DNA of 64,000 nucleotides from Azolla caroliniana (lineage: Eukaryota > Plantae > Polypodiophyta), in the NCBI GenBank assembly GCA_043228905.1, contig JBHGNT010000002.1:5084001-5148000 (forward strand). The letters are read 5' to 3'. The stretch's first letter is position 1; each line of letters starts with the position of its first letter. The position numbers were made by a program, and so were the translations under genes. Below, one piece after another: positions 61,900-64,000 of the stretch. The notes under the pieces were generated by a model. It saw only the letters and a program-made list of their open reading frames with translations. It was not told where the DNA came from and made no database searches.

Positions 61900-63123
61900 C
61901 TACAAGGCGAATTAGAAGAGGAGGTGTACATGATCCAACCACCCGGCTTCAACTCGAGCACCCATCCGAAAGTTGTTTGCCGACTCAAGAAGCCACTCTA
62001 CGGTGTCAAGCAAGCACCGCGTGCTTGGCATTCGAAGATAACGCAATATCTTCATCAAATCGGCTTCCGTATGTCAAAATCGGACAACTCCCTCTACATA
62101 CGAAGCGATTCCGCAAGTCCGATTGTCATCATCTTATATGTGGATGACCTAGTCATTGGAGGTGAGCATCTCGTCGAAATCAATAAGGTCAAATCCCTCC
62201 TTTCCGACAAGTTCGAGATGACGGACATAAAGGAACTCCGCTACTTCCTCGGCATTGAGGTAATTCGGACTCCAGCCGGAATCATGATTTCTCAACGGCA
62301 CTACATCCTCAACTTGTTATACAAGTTCGGTATGGCTAAGTGCAAATCCGTGGCAACCTCGCTCGATCGTAATCTCAAACTAGATGCGAACTTCGGCACC
62401 AAAGTGTGTGAGCCGACTCAGTATCGGCAACTCGTCGGGAGTCTCATCTACCTCACGATCACTCGACCTGATCTCAGTTATCCGGTCGGTCTCCTTAGTC
62501 AATTCATGCAAACACCGCGCGATACTCACTTGGATTGCGCTAAGCGAGTTCTACGGTACATGAGCGGCACAATGGATTATGGCATACTCTATAAGACCGC
62601 GGTGCCAATACGACTCGAGGGGTACACATACGCCGATTGGGCCGACTACAAAGTCGATAGAAGATCAACCTCCGGATTTGTTTTCTCCCTCGGCAGCGGA
62701 GCAATATCCTGGAGTAGCAAGAAGCAGCCTACTGTCGCTCTTTCGAGTACGGAGGCGGAATACAGGGGCGTAGCCGTAGCTGCGTGTGAAGCCATATGGC
62801 TCAAAAGGATACTCAAGGATCTGGGCGTACCCATCAAGGATCCAACTTCCCTTTACTGCCACAACATGAGCAATATCTATCTGGCTCGGAACCCAGTGTT
62901 CCACACGCGGACAAAGCACATCGGAGTGCACTATCACTTCATCCGAGAGCGCGTTCTAGCTGGCGATGTCGACCTACAACACATTAGCACAGATCTTCAA
63001 ACAATCGACATCTTCACTAAAGCCTTAGGAGCCGACAAGCTGTGGCAATTCATGACCAATCTCGAATTGACGACCCCTGACCTACCAAGCTTGAGGGGGA
63101 GTATTGAAGACATTACACAATAA
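61900..63123 (+). pseudogene. Copia RT C-terminal part and RNase H
   Basis: LQGELEEEVYMIQPPGF, LYVDDL, VALSSTEAEY, RTKHIGVHYHFIRE. Joins DVKNTF at 46240-46257 once the gypsy insert is removed. Confidence 0.95.
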
Positions 63124-64000
63124 TGCGTGGATTCCGCAAGCCACACACACTACGCAAGAACGCGTGGATTACGCAACCGCGCAACGAAGCCGCGAAGAAC
63201 CGACCTACCGCGCAAAGCCGCGAAGAAAGACGCAACCCGAAGCACAGACTTCGCAACTACGCACAACGCAAGCTGGAGCACGGATTCCGCAACTCTGCAT
63301 AAATGTGAGTCAACGCGGACTCCGGAACGCAAGTTGAAGTGGATTTTGGATACCGTCTGAAACCAACCCAACTTGAGCTTGAGGGGGCGTGTTGAGAATC
63401 AAGCTCAACTTGGTCTAGTGTGTGAACTCACCTTAAGAGTGAATAGACACTCCAACGGTCAAGAGTCACGATTATGTCACCTCTTTGTATTCTAACATTT
63501 AGTATGAGTCATAGAATCATATTCTATGACACATAACTTATGAGCTTTCACATTCCCCATGCTCCATGAGTCTTGTAGTTAATGAAGAGAGAGGGTGGCT
63601 ATATAAAGCACCCTCCTCCCACCTTGTATTGTGTTGAGTCTTTCTCCTTTGTTAATACAATCTACCTTGCGTATTCTCTGTGTTATTCCTAGTCTCTCTC
63701 ACTCACACACACACATAACTCACATCTCTTCTGCTTCACAAGAATCATATCCGAATCTTTACACCTTGATTAGGCCATGCCAATGGTTGTGCAAAAATAA
63801 TCCTGTTGTTGTATGCTAGCCTACCTACCTACCAAATTTAGGAGCTACTCTAATCAAGAAGTTACACATACTCATAAGTAGTTTGTAGCCTCCAAACATT
63901 TTTGGATGGTTGTGGATGCTTCACCAAGATGCATGTGGTCATGCTATGGCATTTGAGGAATGATGACTTACAAAGGAAACAATTCAATGCATTGCTTTGT

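Larger units (their letters stand above)
42674..63763 (+). mobile_element. Ty1/copia LTR retrotransposon (outer element), disrupted; LTRs 42674-43069 and 63390-63763
   Basis: LTRs TGTTGAG...CTTTACA. TSD CCTTG (42669-42673, 63764-63768). PBS TGGTATCAGA (tRNA-iMet type) at 43070. PPT TTGAGGGGGCG. Domain order gag-PR-INT-RT-RH. Confidence 0.97.

Overview
AT-rich eukaryotic plant genomic DNA, probably a non-seed plant such as a fern (inferred from PPR and transposon style, not proven). The first ~42.6 kb holds five genes: a 4-exon DUF936/CORD-like microtubule protein (-), a 3-exon HIG1-domain protein (+), an intronless PLS-E PPR protein (-), a 6-exon WDR8/WRAP73 (+) and a 3-exon B12D/NDUFA4-like protein (-). 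Between them are LINE remnants, MITEs with clear TIRs and TSDs, and tandem repeats. From 42,674 to 63,763 there is a three-level LTR retrotransposon nest. A Ty1/copia element (TSD CCTTG) contains an Athila/Tat-like Ty3/gypsy element on the minus strand (TSD CCTTT). That element in turn contains a tRNA-Trp-primed, 4-bp-TSD gypsy element lacking RT/RNase H, plus a further composite insert. The middle element is the most unusual. It has no polypurine tract; instead a tRNA-Arg-complementary site faces inward next to each LTR, one on each strand, which suggests tRNA priming of both cDNA strands. It also carries an extra 112-bp inverted U3 arm, so the integrated copy ends in two U3 termini.
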